Positions 35,378-47,836 of a stretch of 64,000 bases of DNA are shown piece after piece (within the stretch, counting starts at the first letter, position 1; each line of letters opens with the position of its first letter). The stretch comes from Heterodontus francisci (taxonomy: Eukaryota): the NCBI RefSeq assembly GCF_036365525.1, contig NC_090373.1:13073935-13137934 (forward strand), in the 5' to 3' direction. The translations under genes and the position numbers were made by a program. The notes under the pieces were generated by a model. It was not told the DNA's origin. It made no database searches and saw only the letters and a program-made list of their open reading frames with translations.

Positions 35378-36255
35378 ATAGTATTTCAGTTCTTTTTCCA
35401 CAATCAAACTGGAAAAAGCCAACAAGCTGAAGGAAAATGCTGAATTATAAGCTGCCTTCTCAAGCATCCCTTATGCAGGTTGGTGCTTTACTATGTCCAA
35501 ATATCAAAGCTGTAATTGCAGATCACATCAATGGGTGCTTGACACCACCTAGAAAATGCAAAGACTGATTTGCATTGTAGGTACATGCCATGTAGACTTA
35601 AAAGGTTGTGATTTTTGAAGAAAAATCCTGAAATTACATGTTATTTTACTGACATTTATGATGTGCTTAGAGAAAAAAGAAAAGCAGCTTTTTTGAAATG
35701 AGACTTCTATGAAAAAACTTGTCAAAGTGCTTTCCTTTTACACCACCTGCTGAACCCTTTACAATTCAAAATAATAAAGCATCTCATTTGACATCTGCTA
35801 AGACTACAGGAAAATGATTCATAATAATTAGACTTTATGTTGCAACTTTATTGGATGCCTCAGAATTATAAGCAAGACTATTTCTGCAGAGATTATGAAT
35901 TTTTTGTATTCTTTGGACAGTTTTTACCAAAAAGGTAACATAAGAAATAGGAGCAAAAGTAGGCCATTTGTCCCTTCATGACTGATTTACTACCTCACTC
36001 CCACCTTCCCGCACTATCCACACATCCCTTAATTCCCCTCGTATCCAAAAATCGATCGATCTCTGTCCTTAATATACTCAAGGACAGAGCATGTACAGCT
36101 CTCTGGGATAGAGAATTCCAAAGATTCACAACTCTTTGAGTGAAGAAATTTCTCCCCAAATCAATGCTAAATAACTGACCCCTTGTTCTACCCAGCTAGG
36201 GGTAACATCCTCCCAGCATGTACTTAAGTCCCTTGAGAATTTTATATGTTTCAAT

Positions 36256-36566
36256 GAGATACAACACTGAAACAGGCCCTTCAGCCCACTGAGTCTGTGC
36301 CAACCATCAACCACCCATTTATACTAATCCTACATTAATCCCATATTCCTACCCCATCCCCACCTTCCCTCAACCACCTACCTATACTAGGGGCAATTTA
36401 TAATGGCCAATTACCTATCAACCTGCAAGTCTTTGGCTATGGGAGGAAACCGGAGCACCCAGCGAAAACTCACACGGTCACAGGGAGAACTTGCAAACTC
36501 CGTACAGGCAGTACCCAGAATTGAACCCGGGTCACTGGAGCTGTGAGGCTAACCACTGTGCCACCC
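36256..36566 (-). mobile_element. HE1-type V-SINE
   Basis: Reverse complement of 47460-47809: tRNA head, V domain GGGTGCTCCGGTTTCCTCCC, CR1-like tail. Confidence 0.9.
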
Positions 36567-37512
36567 TTCTTCTACATTCCAGGAAATATAGGCCTAGTCT
36601 ACTTAAACAATCCCCTCAACCCAGGAATCAGTCTAGTGAACATTTGTTGCACTCCCTCCAAGGTTATAAGCAGTCAAAAACTGTACACAGTACTCCTGGT
36701 GGTCTCACCAAGACCTCATACAATTGCATTGTAAGACTCCTTCATCCCTGCACTCCAATCCATTTGCAATAAACGACAACATACCATTTGCTTTCCTAAT
36801 TGCTTGCTGTGCCAGCATGTTAACTTTCTGCACAAGCACACACAGGTCCCTCTTAGTACCAACATTTCCCAGTCTCTAACCATTTAAAAAAATTCTGGTT
36901 TTCTATTTTCTCTTTTAAAGTGGATAACTTCAGTCTTCCCCACATTATATTCCATTTGCCATGTTCTTATTCACTCATTTAACCTATCTGTATCCCTTTG
37001 CAGCCTCTTTGCTACCTTCTTACTGCTTGGTTTCCCACCTAACTTTGTATCATTAGCAAACTTAGACACATCACACTTGGTCCCCTCATCTAAGTCATTA
37101 ATATAGATTGTAAACAGATGAGGACCAGGCTCTGATCCTTCCAATACTCCACCAGTTACAGCCTGCCAACCTGAAAATGTCCCATTTATTCCTACTCTCT
37201 ATCTTCTGTCCTTTAACCAATGTTCAATCCATACTAATATATTACTCCCAATTCCATGAGCCCTAATTTTAGTGCAATAAATTGTTGTGTGGCTCCTTAA
37301 CGGGTGCTTTTTGCAAATCCAAATACACTACATCCACTGGTTCCCACATATCCATTCTACTGGCTACAACCTCAGAAAGACACTTAACAGATTTGTCAAC
37401 AAGAATTCCATTTCATAAATCCATGTTGACTCTGCCTAATCATATTATGATTCTCTAAGTGCTCTGTTACCACAACCCCAGTAATAGATTCGAGCATTTT
37501 CTCTACTATTGA

Positions 37513-38580
37513 GGACAGTAGTCACACGGATACAAAATTCGCTGAGTGACAGGAAACAGAGAGTAGTTGTGAACAATAGTTTTCTGGACTGGAGGAAGGT
37601 ATAAATTGGGGTTCCCAGGGGTCAGTGTTAGGACACCTGTTTTTCTTGATTTTTGTTAATGACTTAGACCTGGGTGCGCAGGACACAATTTCAAAATTTT
37701 ATGGATGACACAAAACTTGGAAGCATTGTGAATTGAAAGGATAGTGATAAATTTCAGTGGACATAGACAGGCTGGTGGAATAGGTGGACACGTGGCAGAT
37801 GTAATTTATTGCAGAGAAGTGTGAAGTGATGCATTTTGGTAGGAAGCATGAGGAGAGGCAATCTAAAACGAAGGATACAATTCTAACGGGGTGCAGGATC
37901 AGAGGGAACTGGGGGTGTAGGTGCACAAATCATTGAAGGTTGAGAGCAGGTTGAGAAATCTGTAATAAAGCATATGGTATCCTTGTCTTTGTAAACAAGG
38001 GCATAGAGTACAAGAACAAGGAAGTTATGATAAACCTGCATAAAACATTGGTTCAGCCTCAACTGGAGTATAGTGTCCAGTTCTAGACATCACACTTTAG
38101 GAAGAATGTTAAGGCATTAGAGAGGGTGCAGAAAGGATTCACACAAATGGTTGCAGAGATCAGGAGTTTAAGTTACGTGGATAGATTGGAGAAGCTGAGG
38201 CTGTTCTCCTTGGAGGAGAGAAGATTAAGAGGAGATTTGGTAAAGGTGTTCAAAATCATGACAGGTCAGGACAGAGTAAATAGGGAGAAACTATTCCCAT
38301 TGGCAGAAGGATAGAGAACCATAGGACACTGATTTAAGGTAATTGGCCAAAGAAACAATGGCGACATATGAAAAATGTTTTTACGCAGCGAGTAGTTAGA
38401 TCTGAAATACACTGCCTGAAGTGTGGTGGAGGCAGGTTCAATTGAGGCATTGTGAAGAGAAAAAGATTTGCAAAGTGTGAGAAAAAGCTGGGGGAGTGGG
38501 ACTTGGCGAGTTACTCTTGCAGACAGCATGCACAGACGTGATGGGCCAAATGGCCTCCTTCTGTGCGATAACCATTCTAT
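37513..38580 (+). mobile_element. CR1 3' fragment inserted antisense into an older CR1
   Basis: RLEKLRLFSLEERRLRGDLVKVFKIM; tail GGGCCAAATGGCCTCCTTCTGTGC; CTATTGA on both flanks as a possible TSD. Confidence 0.85.
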
Positions 38581-39336
38581 TGATATCAGGCTAACTGGCC
38601 TATAGTTACCTCCCTTCTCCATTCTTTCATGAGTAGCGGGGTTACAGCTGCTACCTTCCAAACTATGGGGACTGTTCTAGAATCCTGGGAATTCTGGAAG
38701 ATCAAAACGAATGCACCCACTATCTTTGTAGCTACTTCTTTTAAAACACCAGGATGCAGGTCAGATCACAGGGGTTTGTTACCATTTAGTCCCATTAATT
38801 TCTCCAGTACTATTTCTTTGCTAATAATAATATCCCTAAGTTCCTCATTTCCACTGGACCCTTGGTTCCCCACTATTTCCAGAATGTCTTTTGTGTCTTC
38901 TACCGTAAAGACAGATAGAAAGTATTCGTTGACAGTTTTAATTCATGTCTTTAATCTCCCACTGGGACTTCAAGCATCCCACAGGAGAATGATAACTCCT
39001 CAGAGGGTGCACTATTCACCAGCCCAGCTACTCACACTTCAGTGGGACTGGTAAGGCAGCTAGTTAGGTTTTCACCTGGGAACTCGCATATCACAAGTGA
39101 GCAGGAGCAGATGGTGGAGACAGGGACAGCAGTGGGGAGATGCTTCAGAGGGTGTAGGGCACTCCAAACTCTGCTTAGTTGGACGCAGATGCTGAACCTT
39201 CAGGGCTATTGACCAAGAGGATACTTCTGGAGCAGCAGCAAAGTATGTGTGATATACTGGCAAGCGTTCCAGTCACACTGTGCATGCTTGCAGAGAGGTT
39301 GGAGGAGTCTGTCTCAAGCATGAGTCGCCTGATATA

Positions 39337-40454
39337 CAGGGATAGGCAGCAACATGTTGCAGCACAGACGTTTGACAGAATTATTGACCCAGCCAGGGAC
39401 ATGGGGGGTATTAATCTGTATATAAAGTGTATAGCCAATCTAATGCCATCAAAACACAGTCTGATTTAAAACACATTTCTCCCTATTTAGTGAGATATTT
39501 GGCATTGATTTTGCTTGTACCAGTAGTTAATGTCTGCCCACACACTTGATGAGCGATGCAGAGAATTCAGATAGATGTCCATCTGTCAGGAGTGATCTTG
39601 ATCTCTTTCTCTCCCTCTCCATCCCTCTCCCCAGTCTCCCTCTCTGCATCCATCTCTCTCACCTCTCCTCTCTATGTCCATCTCTCTCTCCCCTGTGTTC
39701 CCCTCTCCCCCTGTGACCGTCGCCCTTCTCCCTCTGCCCCCTCTCCTCCCTCTCCCCCTCCCTCCTGCACCTCTCCCTCTCCCTCTCTCCTCTATCTCTC
39801 CCTGGCCCGCTTCTCTCTTCCCCCCTCTCTCTCCCCACTCTCTTCTCTCCTCCCCCACTCTCACTCTCTCCGTCTCTTCCCCCCCCCCCCCACCCTGCCC
39901 CCATGCACAAGGAGCAGAAACACATTGCTGCTCGATGCCGACCCCACGCTCTGAGAGAAACGAGGGCATTTGGAGAGCTGAGAACATGGACTGTCTATCT
40001 ACGAAAAAAGGCTTGCTCTGGCTTAAAGGAGTCTTGCCTTTCCAGTTCTATCATTGCTTTCCTGTGTGCTATCCTATCTGTTCTACTCACACCAACACTC
40101 TCCAGGACTGATTCTACACGTCAGACAAGGGCAGTGAGCACTTGATTGACAGCTCCAATCTTCCCAGTGAGTCCCGCCTCCCCGTGCTCCGATTAGACTG
40201 AGGTCCACGTGCAGGCAAACCATTCGCGCTTTTGATTGGTGGCCCAATACAAAACTTTGCCAGGCTGTAGGAACTAGCCCAATGCTCCGATCCTTTGTAA
40301 TTACTTCCACTGCTAATTATAAGTGTCTTGATTCAAGTCTTTAAATTTGTGTTTTAAAACTCAAGTTTAAAGGCTTGGAGCAAGCCATTTAAAATTATGA
40401 CGGACCTCAAAATTTTTACTAGGGACACATGTACAGACATGCTGCTGACCCCTG
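39337..40454. mobile_element. Non-autonomous hAT (Charlie-like) element
   Basis: Termini CAGGGATAGGCAGCAACATGT and ACATGCTGCTGACCCCTG; perfect 8 bp TSD CTGATATA; internal CT-rich tract 39600-39900. Confidence 0.85.
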
Positions 40455-41289
40455 CTGATATATCAGGCCTTTATGATTATGTCTTCATCCATGGAAAGAG
40501 TGGCCAATTGCATGGAGTATAAAACATAACAATCACATGAGTGGGTGCAGGCCTTCAGCACTGACTTGCACACTCTGAATGCACCCTAGCCTTGGACGTT
40601 CATCACCCCAGTGATCTGTAGCAAAGTGCACTCCAGTTCATTGCTAGCAGGGAAGTGTGGATTGACCATGAGAGGGATGATGGTGAAAGGGGACATGGCT
40701 GTGGGGTTTTGGCTCAAAGTGCCTCCACTTCTGACCTGTTGCCCCCCCACCCTCAGCTCAGTCAGTATCCCCACATGCTGCCCCGTGTCCTGATGGCCAA
40801 GTCTGCCCCTGCACAGGTGAAGGTGGATCAGGCTTTGGCGGAGCCCTCATGGGCTCCAAAACTCAGAGCACATCAGCCAGAAACACCTCAGTAATCAGAG
40901 CTGGGATCTGAGCAGCCTGCCTCAACCTCTGATGAAACCACATAGAAGTGCTAGGAAGAGAAAGAGTAACGATGTGTGGTTGCACAAGATTATGCACACA
41001 GTTGTGTTACAACGTCTTAGAATGTTTAAGTTTCTATTTCATTTTTCAGCCATATCACTATTATTTGTTGCTACCATTTTCCCATGTTGGCCAGTTTTGG
41101 TTGCTGCCTGGCAAGTGGCCTTTTCATTAGTGATAAATGGGCAGGCAAGAATTGACAGCGAGCAATGGAGGGGCTATGAAAGGGCTTTTTGGTTGTTTGC
41201 AGGACTACTTTGTGTTGGGGGAAGTTAGGGGTTGGGGGGAAGTGGCTTTTAAATATGGCTGTCAGGTGGGTGGATTGGTGGAACCTCAG

Positions 41290-42330
41290 TGAAACCTGCA
41301 GTGATGAAGGCATCCTGGGCACTTTGGCCACATCATGTACCGCCTCCTCCTCAATCATCTGAAGAGGTCTGTGCTCTGTGCCTTGTTCCTCCTGCAGGTC
41401 CAAAGCTCACTGCTGCTGTGCAATGTTGTGCAGAGCTCACCACAACCATTCAGGAGACACTGGCTGCTGCATTCTGAAGGATGCCTCCAAATCTGTCCAG
41501 GCACCTGACATGGATCTTCAGCATGCGGATGGCATGCTCAATGACACATCTGGTTGTCAATAACACCTGAACCTGTGGGAAGACAGCTAGAGCCACGAAC
41601 ACGAGTGCCCGATCACTCTGACTGACATAATTGGTGTTCGAGTTGACATAGCTGCCTGCCCTGTCTTATGCATTTGTGGGCCACCAACTGCAAGATCCTG
41701 CAAATGTCTCCAGCAGAGCCCTGCAAGGAGGCAGAGGCAAAGAGGTTGAGGGCAGTTCGTGACTTTGACAGTCACCAGTAAAATGTGGCCGTCAATTCCA
41801 GCTGGTAGCAAATCTTCTTCCAGCAAATGTCCTGCCACCACCTGAGACTCCTGAGACCCTGAACCTCCTGAGACCCTGATCCCCCTGACACCCTGAGCCC
41901 CCTGAGACCCTGATCCCCCAGAGACCCTGATCCCCCAGAGACCCTGATCCCCCAGAGACCCTGATCCCCCAGAGACCCTGAGACCCTGAGCCCCCTGAGA
42001 CCCTGAGCCCCCTGAGCCCTCAGAGGCCCTGAGCCCCCTGAGACCCTGAGCCCCCTGAGCCCTCAGAGGCCCTGAGCCCCCGGAGACCCCGAACCCCAAG
42101 ACCCTGAGCTTCCCGACACCCTGGTGTTCAGGCATGTTGAGGAAGCTTATCATCTGCCCCTTGTGAGTTGCACCTCTCTGTTGATCCCCTCTCTCATGTG
42201 GAGCTGCAGGCCTGTGACGAGCAGTGTGTTGTTGCTGCTGTTGGTGCTGCTCCTTCTGTTTGAGCTGTTGGTCACCTTGGCTCTCGTCTGGGGTCTGGAG
42301 TATAGCTGCATAAGTGCCAACCATTCTGAT
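41290..42330 (-). pseudogene. Harbinger (HARBI1-like DDE) transposase remnant
   Basis: SFLNMPEHQ...HLLEEDLLPAGIDGHILLVTVKVT and TTRCVIEHAIRMLKIHVRCLDRFGGILQ resemble Harbinger motifs (GGHALPVAVKVT, TRSVIERTIGLLKMRFRCLDRSGGALQ); central part deleted, frameshifts. Confidence 0.75.
41840..42112. repeat. CCCTGAG(A/C)-based minisatellite, 8-18 bp units
   Basis: Tandem GAGACCCTGATCCCCCA and CCCTGAGCCC units seen directly. Confidence 0.9.
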
Positions 42331-42731
42331 CTGATAGATCACAGCTTCAAAGTGAAGATCAGGTGTACAAATCTCCAAAGTTGTGGAGTAACCTCTCAGC
42401 AGAAGTACTGTGAACAAAGCCTTTCACACAATCAGGCAAGAACACAGCTGGGAAGTTTCAGTAGCCATAAATCCAAGCCAGTTGTAACTGGTCCACTTGA
42501 ACCAGCTGACTATGGTAATTTGGACAACTGGACCAGTTGTACTAGTTCCAGCTTAAAACTTATGTTGAGACCAGTGAACCTGGTTCCAGTTGAAAATTAG
42601 ATTGCTTACAGTTGTGACCAGTTAGACTGGTTTCTGGCTCAACTCGTTCCATTTGAGACCAAAGTATTCACTTTTTGCAAGTTTTCATATAAGTACCACT
42701 AACAAGTAAAAATTACCAATGTGGTGTGTGC

Positions 42732-43873
42732 TGTGGTCACGCAGTGAAGCTAAAAACATTCTTGGCTGCACTGTTTGTTTCAAATTTTATTGTGATGCAG
42801 AAAAACACATAACTCAGTTAAATAGCAAAATACAAATTAAACACTGCAGACATCAAGAAATAAGTGAACACAGAAGGTAAAGCCTGGAGACGTGTTGGTG
42901 TAGTGGTAATGTCACTGCACTAGTAATCCAGAGGCCCAGGCTAGTGCTCTGGAGACACGGGTTCAAATCGATGGTGGAATTTGAATTCAATTAATCTGGA
43001 ATTAAAAAGCTAGTCTAATGGTGACCATGTAACCATTGTCAATTGTCGAAAAACCCAAATGGTTATTAATGTCCTTTAGGGATGGAAATCTGCTGTCCTA
43101 ACCTGGTCTGGCCAACATATGACTCCAGATCCAGTTGACTCTTAGAATGCCCTCTGAAATGGCCTAGCAAGCCATTCAGTTCAAGGGCAATTAGGGATGG
43201 GCAATAAATGCTGGCCTAGCCAGTGACTCCCACATCCCATGAATGAATAAAAAAAAGTGCAAAAAGTTAAATTACATTTAATCAAAATACAAAACTTAAA
43301 CATTAATTATATTTAGATAATGGTTTCGGTGCAACAAGTCAACAGAATAAATGCTTAAATAAAATACTTACGATAGGCGATAGGAGACAAGCTGCTTTCG
43401 ATCCTTGCTCCTCGAAGCTGCCTGGACACAGGTGAGGTTGTCTTTGGTCTTTCTCAGATATCTTCTTCCAGTCTGACTTCTTTTTCTGAGAGTCTCTGTG
43501 GTTCCTGCTGTGTCTGTCTCTGCCCGTTCTGGTTTTTTAGGACCCTGCTGTTGTATCTTTTTTCCAGAGCTGCCTATGTGCCAAATTGCAAAATATGTGC
43601 AGCTTGCCCTTCCTGACCTGATAATAATTGATAATTTTTCCTAACCTGATTGGCCTTCTCCTGTCCCACCCCAGAATTAATGTCAGTCTTGCAACAGAAC
43701 TTTCATAAAACAACATCTTTAAAAACAAATCCAACAATCCTTTTAATAAAAGCCTTCTACATAAATGACATTAAACATATTTTACAGTCTTTCCAATCAA
43801 AGCATGAATTTTAAATATATTTACACCTTTTTAATCAGAATATAAATTTAGACATATTTTACGTGTTCTCACA
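42732..43873 (-). mobile_element. Possible solo LTR
   Basis: TGTG...CACA ends, near-TSD GTGC/GAGC, minus-strand AATAAA near 42788. Confidence 0.4.
42886..43256 (+). mobile_element. Complete tRNA-derived SINE made of the family A LINE head and tail
   Basis: A box TGGTGTAGTGG, B box GGTTCAAATCG; body matches the reverse complement of 30790-31087; from about 43181 matches the LINE tail (TCAAGGGCAATTAGGGATGGGCAATAAATG...GAATGAATAAAAAAAA). Confidence 0.92.
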
Positions 43874-45139
43874 GAGCTAGGTGCAGCAAGGCAGAATACA
43901 GTCAAAGTCAATGGTTATCATGTAGGCAGCTCTGAAAAAAAAGATTCAAAAGCAGGGTCTTAAGAACCAAAGAACACACAGGTAGAGACAGAGACACAGG
44001 GGCATTTTTTTAAGCTGTAGGAAATCTTATTGGTTTGATTAAGTCAATCCAGTTGGATTCCAGTTCAAAGATTCTATCTGCCAATTGGTTACAGTCTATG
44101 TCAACTGACTCCACTTAATTCCAACTGGTTCCACCTTGCCTACCAATTGGTTCCAGATGAACCATTTGGCAAGTTAACTGGTACCAGTTGAGCCTAAATG
44201 GTTCCAGTTAAAGTCCACTGGGCAACTGGAAATACCAAATGGTTACCATTTAAGATTGCCAGTTATCCCAACTGTATCCAGCCAACACCAGTTGAGACCA
44301 CTTACTTGGAGTTGAGACCAGAAAAGAACAGTTAAGACCAATTGACATTTCCAACTGGTGTTAACTGGTTTGAAAGTCTGGGTACTTATTTGCATATTAC
44401 CTTATCATGGCTTCATCCCCCTCAATTGCCGCTGTGATCTGGCCTTGCTTTCACTGGTGCATTCCAGGAATCTCGGGAAACCCGTGAATCCACAATTGAA
44501 TTGAAAAAGTCGTGTTCATATCGCTGTAATTGAGTGATTAACATATTGAACTTCACAACCCACCTCTCCTGAGGGGGTTGCTCGCATGCAGCTTAACGCG
44601 CTGCAGTTAAATGTGGAAGAGGGCGGCTTGGAGCCGGCTTCTTGATGTATTGTCAATTGCCCTGCTTTTAACCCCCTCGCCCGCTCCTAAACCCATGTGC
44701 TCCCATACATCCCAAAGAACACAGTTAGTGAGCATGAGAATGTAACATCAAGCCAGTCACAGCACACCAGTGAGGAGGAGAAGGAACCTGCCAGCCCCAT
44801 GGCCATACCTACTCATGTGCTTGAGGAATGTAGCACTGAGGTGATATTAGACAGCCATAGCATTCTGCTATTCAGTAGGAAAAGCTAATAATGGGGCTCC
44901 ACAGGGTGATCAATGTATTGTGGATGATCTCGAGCAAGCCTAGAAAAAGGTAAAAAGATTGCAAGGAGGTGATTCCCTTGCCTGCCACTGGCGGTGCTGT
45001 CCCTATGGTGGAGTTTGGCTTCAGGCTATCCTTGCAACTGGTGACACACCTGCAACTGACTCCATGCTAACCTGGAGTCACTTGTTGTGAGCCATAATTG
45101 TGGCAGGGCCTGCAGATATTGGTTAATGGATCAATTGCA

Positions 45140-45565
45140 GGTGTCAACTGCAGCTCAGTTGATAGCACTCTTGCCTCAGAATCAGACAGTTTTGAGGTCA
45201 AACCCCACTCCAGAGAATTGAGCACCTGACACTGATACTGAAGAAGTGCTGCACTGCCAGGAGTGCTGTCTTTGGGATGAGACATTAAAGTGAGGCCCCA
45301 TCTGCCTTCTTGAAGAGGTGGAAAAAAGTCCTATGGTCTTGAAAAAGAGCTCAGTATTTCTCCCATCAGTCCTGTCCAATGTTTATCCCTCATCAATGAA
45401 AAACATGAATTATCTGGCCACTAGCATATTGCTGTTTGTGGGAGCTTGCTGTGTGCAAATTGTCTGCCGTGTTTCATGCCTTACAACAGTGACGTCATTG
45501 ACTGTAAAGTGCTTTGGGATGTCCTAGAGTTATGAAAACTGCCAAAGAAATGCAAATCTTTCTTC
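45140..45565 (+). mobile_element. Deu-domain SINE (SacSINE1-like) with L2-like tail
   Basis: CAGCTCAGTTGATAGCACTCTTGCCTC head; GGATGAGACATTAAAGTGAGGCCCC and TGCTGTTTGTGGGAGCTTGCTGTGTGCAAATTG; tail GTAAAGTGCTTTGGGATGTCC. Confidence 0.8.
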
Positions 45566-45662
45566 TTTTGTGAGTATGGGTAGCTTCATTCCAATGTCTG
45601 ATCTTCCTGGCATGCATTTTTTCATTAGTGTAATCTTTAACAATGGAATACTCCAAACAGGC

Positions 45663-46196
45663 TGTTACAAAAACGACTCCAATCCTCAATTTTAAACTGG
45701 CCTGCCAATCGACATTTAGCTCGCAGTTAGATCATTTGTCACTCATTAGTGTCTTGTAAGTGTTTCAAGACTTGAATCCAATTTGAAAGCTGAGGTTTGC
45801 AGAGGGAAAAGACCGAGAGGGTCACCAGAGATCACCTTATTCACGGAAGTCCAGTTTGGAAGTGCTCGGGAGAAGTCAGCGAAGAGGACATTGTCTTTGA
45901 GAGGGACTGGGAGATCCAACTCATTGCAACTTTTAACTGCAGAGATTTTTCTTCAATGAGGAAGCTGTGTAACTTACAAATGTGGTGTGGAGTTTTCAAG
46001 CACTTTAATAAGTTAAAGGCTTTGTCTGTAATTTAATGTATTAGCTACTTACAAAGTATGATTTAGTTAATGGTGATTTTTAGTTTAGTTGTTATAGTAA
46101 AAGTCTTAAAACGTGAAATCTTGTTGTGAGCTTCTTTAAATTAGTCTGGGGAGTTCATATCTCGTGTTTTAACATGAACGGTCTCAGATCATAACA
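45663..46196 (+). mobile_element. Degenerate LTR-like element
   Basis: TGTTA start and TCATAACA end as in 5655-6744; no clear TSD. Confidence 0.35.
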
Positions 46197-46745
46197 CTGG
46201 AAAGACATTTAAGACTTTGATGGATTTATTTCAAGCCTTCAGAGTGATTTCTATTTGGAAATGATGCCTTCACGCAGTACAGGTAAATCATGGAATTGAT
46301 GTGTACTCATCATGAGTGGCTGTAAAGAGGGAGAAGCATTTTAAAGTATGCTTTATTTTCAATGGCTTTTTAATGGCTGTTTACATTATATTGGTGCATG
46401 ATCATCTTTGGTATCAGAACATGCTTGAAATGTTTATGTGGAAGCAAAAATAGATGTGTCTGCAAAATCTCCAAAAGGACGACTGTAAGTGTAGCAGCCT
46501 TTCGCTGCATCAGTGTTCTGAGAGCAGATTTCTTTCTCTCTCTCTCTCTCTCTCTTCTGAGGCTACTACTGCTGGTCTTTGTGTCTTCCAGTCTTTCTTA
46601 TAATCTCCAGACTTCTGAAAGCCTGTTGAATTTATCCAGAATCAAAAGTCAATAGCAGCGATAGGCACAAACATGTTGCACAATGGACATTTAACTAAAT
46701 TATTGACACAGCCACGGACATGGGGGCAGTTAATTTGTATACAAA

Positions 46746-47836
46746 GGGGTGAATTTTATAGCCCCCCGACATCAGGGGTCGTGGCGGGGATGGGGATGGG
46801 GGTGAAGCCAGAAAACGACTGTCAGAGGCCTCCCATGGGCCTCAATGCTGGGAAGGCCTAGCCCCATATTACCGGCGGTGGTGCGGTCTCGTGGCGGCCC
46901 CCCCCCGCTACTCGGTGATGAGAGCCAAACCTAAATATTTAAATACATGTTAATTAATGAATAAACCTCCTACCCACTCCCGTCATCCATCCCCCTCCAA
47001 TATTGGCACCGGTGGCCGGCACTCCCGTGCCTTCGGATCTCCGTCTGGAGATCCAAGGTGGAATACTGGTGGGGAGGGGGGAGTGGGGTCAAACTCATCC
47101 GATTGGTTTAGGGGATGGTGGGAAGGGGTAAAGTGCATAGTTTGTGAACTTTGAGGGTGGGAGGTCAGGTGCACAAGGTAAGTATTTCGGCAGGGAGAGG
47201 GGGCAAGGAACAAATTATATGGTTATTGGGGGGGAATGGGATGGGGGCTAGAAACATTTATTTAATATTTTTGAATAAATTTCGAATCACTGTTTCTTTA
47301 AAAATTCAAATTGTAATGCAGGGCTTAAAGCCCTTTAAAAATGGCATCGACACCGGTGCAGTGGCATCCAATGCCTTTGTCGAGGACGGACCGCCTTCAA
47401 CCTCCACGTCATCGGGGGGGGTGGTGGGGGGGGTGGTCCACCTCGGCCATTTAAATGAGCCGCAGCACAGTGGCGCAGTGGTTAGCACTGCAGCTTCACA
47501 GCTCCAGCGACCCGGGTTCGGTTCTGGGTACTGCATGCGCGGAGTTTGCAAGTTCTCCCTGTGACTGCGTGGGTTTCCGCCGGGTGCTCCGGTTTCCTCC
47601 CACAGCCAAAAACTTGCAGCTTGATCGGTAAATTGGCCATTGTAAATTGCCCCTAGTGTAGGTAGGTGGTAGGAGAATTGAGGGAAGGTGGGGATGTGGT
47701 AGGGAATATGAAATTAATGTAGGATTAGTATAAATGGGTGGTTGATGGTCAGCACAGACTCGGTGGGCCGAAGGGCCTGTTTCAGTGCTGTATCTCTCTA
47801 TGACTCTATCGGCAGCGAGCTTATAACATCCAGCCC
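46746..47836. mobile_element. Harbinger-type MITE carrying an HE1 insertion
   Basis: TIRs GGGGTGAATTTTATA and TATAACATCCAGCCC; 3 bp TSD AAA; an empty homologous site exists near 39420. Confidence 0.8.
47460..47809 (+). mobile_element. HE1-type V-SINE
   Basis: GTGGCGCAGTGGTTAGCACTGC head, CCCGGGTTCG B box, V domain, tail GGGCCGAAGGGCCTGTTTCAGTGCTGTATCTCTCTATGACTCTAT shared with the CR1 tail at 61440-61510. Confidence 0.92.

Larger units (their letters stand above)
35935..38935 (-). mobile_element. CR1 LINE 3' part (RT), split by an HE1 SINE and an opposite-strand CR1
   Basis: Tail AACATAAGAAATAGGAGCAAAAGTAGGCC; minus-strand RT remnants to about 37510, resuming at about 38580 (GNYRPVSLIS). 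Confidence 0.8.
42464..44382. mobile_element. Putative non-autonomous DNA transposon with CCAGTT/AACTGG-rich subterminal arms (EnSpm/CACTA-like, tentative)
   Basis: Right end reverse complement CCCAGACTTTCAAACCAGTT versus left GCCATAAATCCAAGCCAGTT (14/20); TA on both flanks; dense CCAGTT motifs in both orientations at 42475-42660 and 44045-44372. Confidence 0.5.
38950..44705. mobile_element. Decayed PIF/Harbinger transposon hosting several insertions; boundaries approximate
   Basis: Transposase remnant on minus (41290-42330); convergent + strand coding-like remnant ending PHRSARKRK near 40960, probably the second (Myb/SANT-type) gene; GC-rich subterminal-like segment 44385-44705. Confidence 0.55.

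Noticed and set aside
39556-40111. Pro/Ser/Leu-rich and Gly/Arg/Glu-rich ORFs (also at 49783-50449)
   Set aside because: Translations of CT-rich low-complexity tracts inside hAT elements.
41587-42417. 276 aa ORF as a functional or domesticated transposase
   Set aside because: About a third is minisatellite, homology is lost by frameshift after VKVT and the central catalytic region is deleted.
47460-47530. tRNA genes at A/B-box sites (also at 11843, 31087, 36566, 42886, 45140, 55462)
   Set aside because: Each continues into a SINE or LINE body and none gives a complete cloverleaf.
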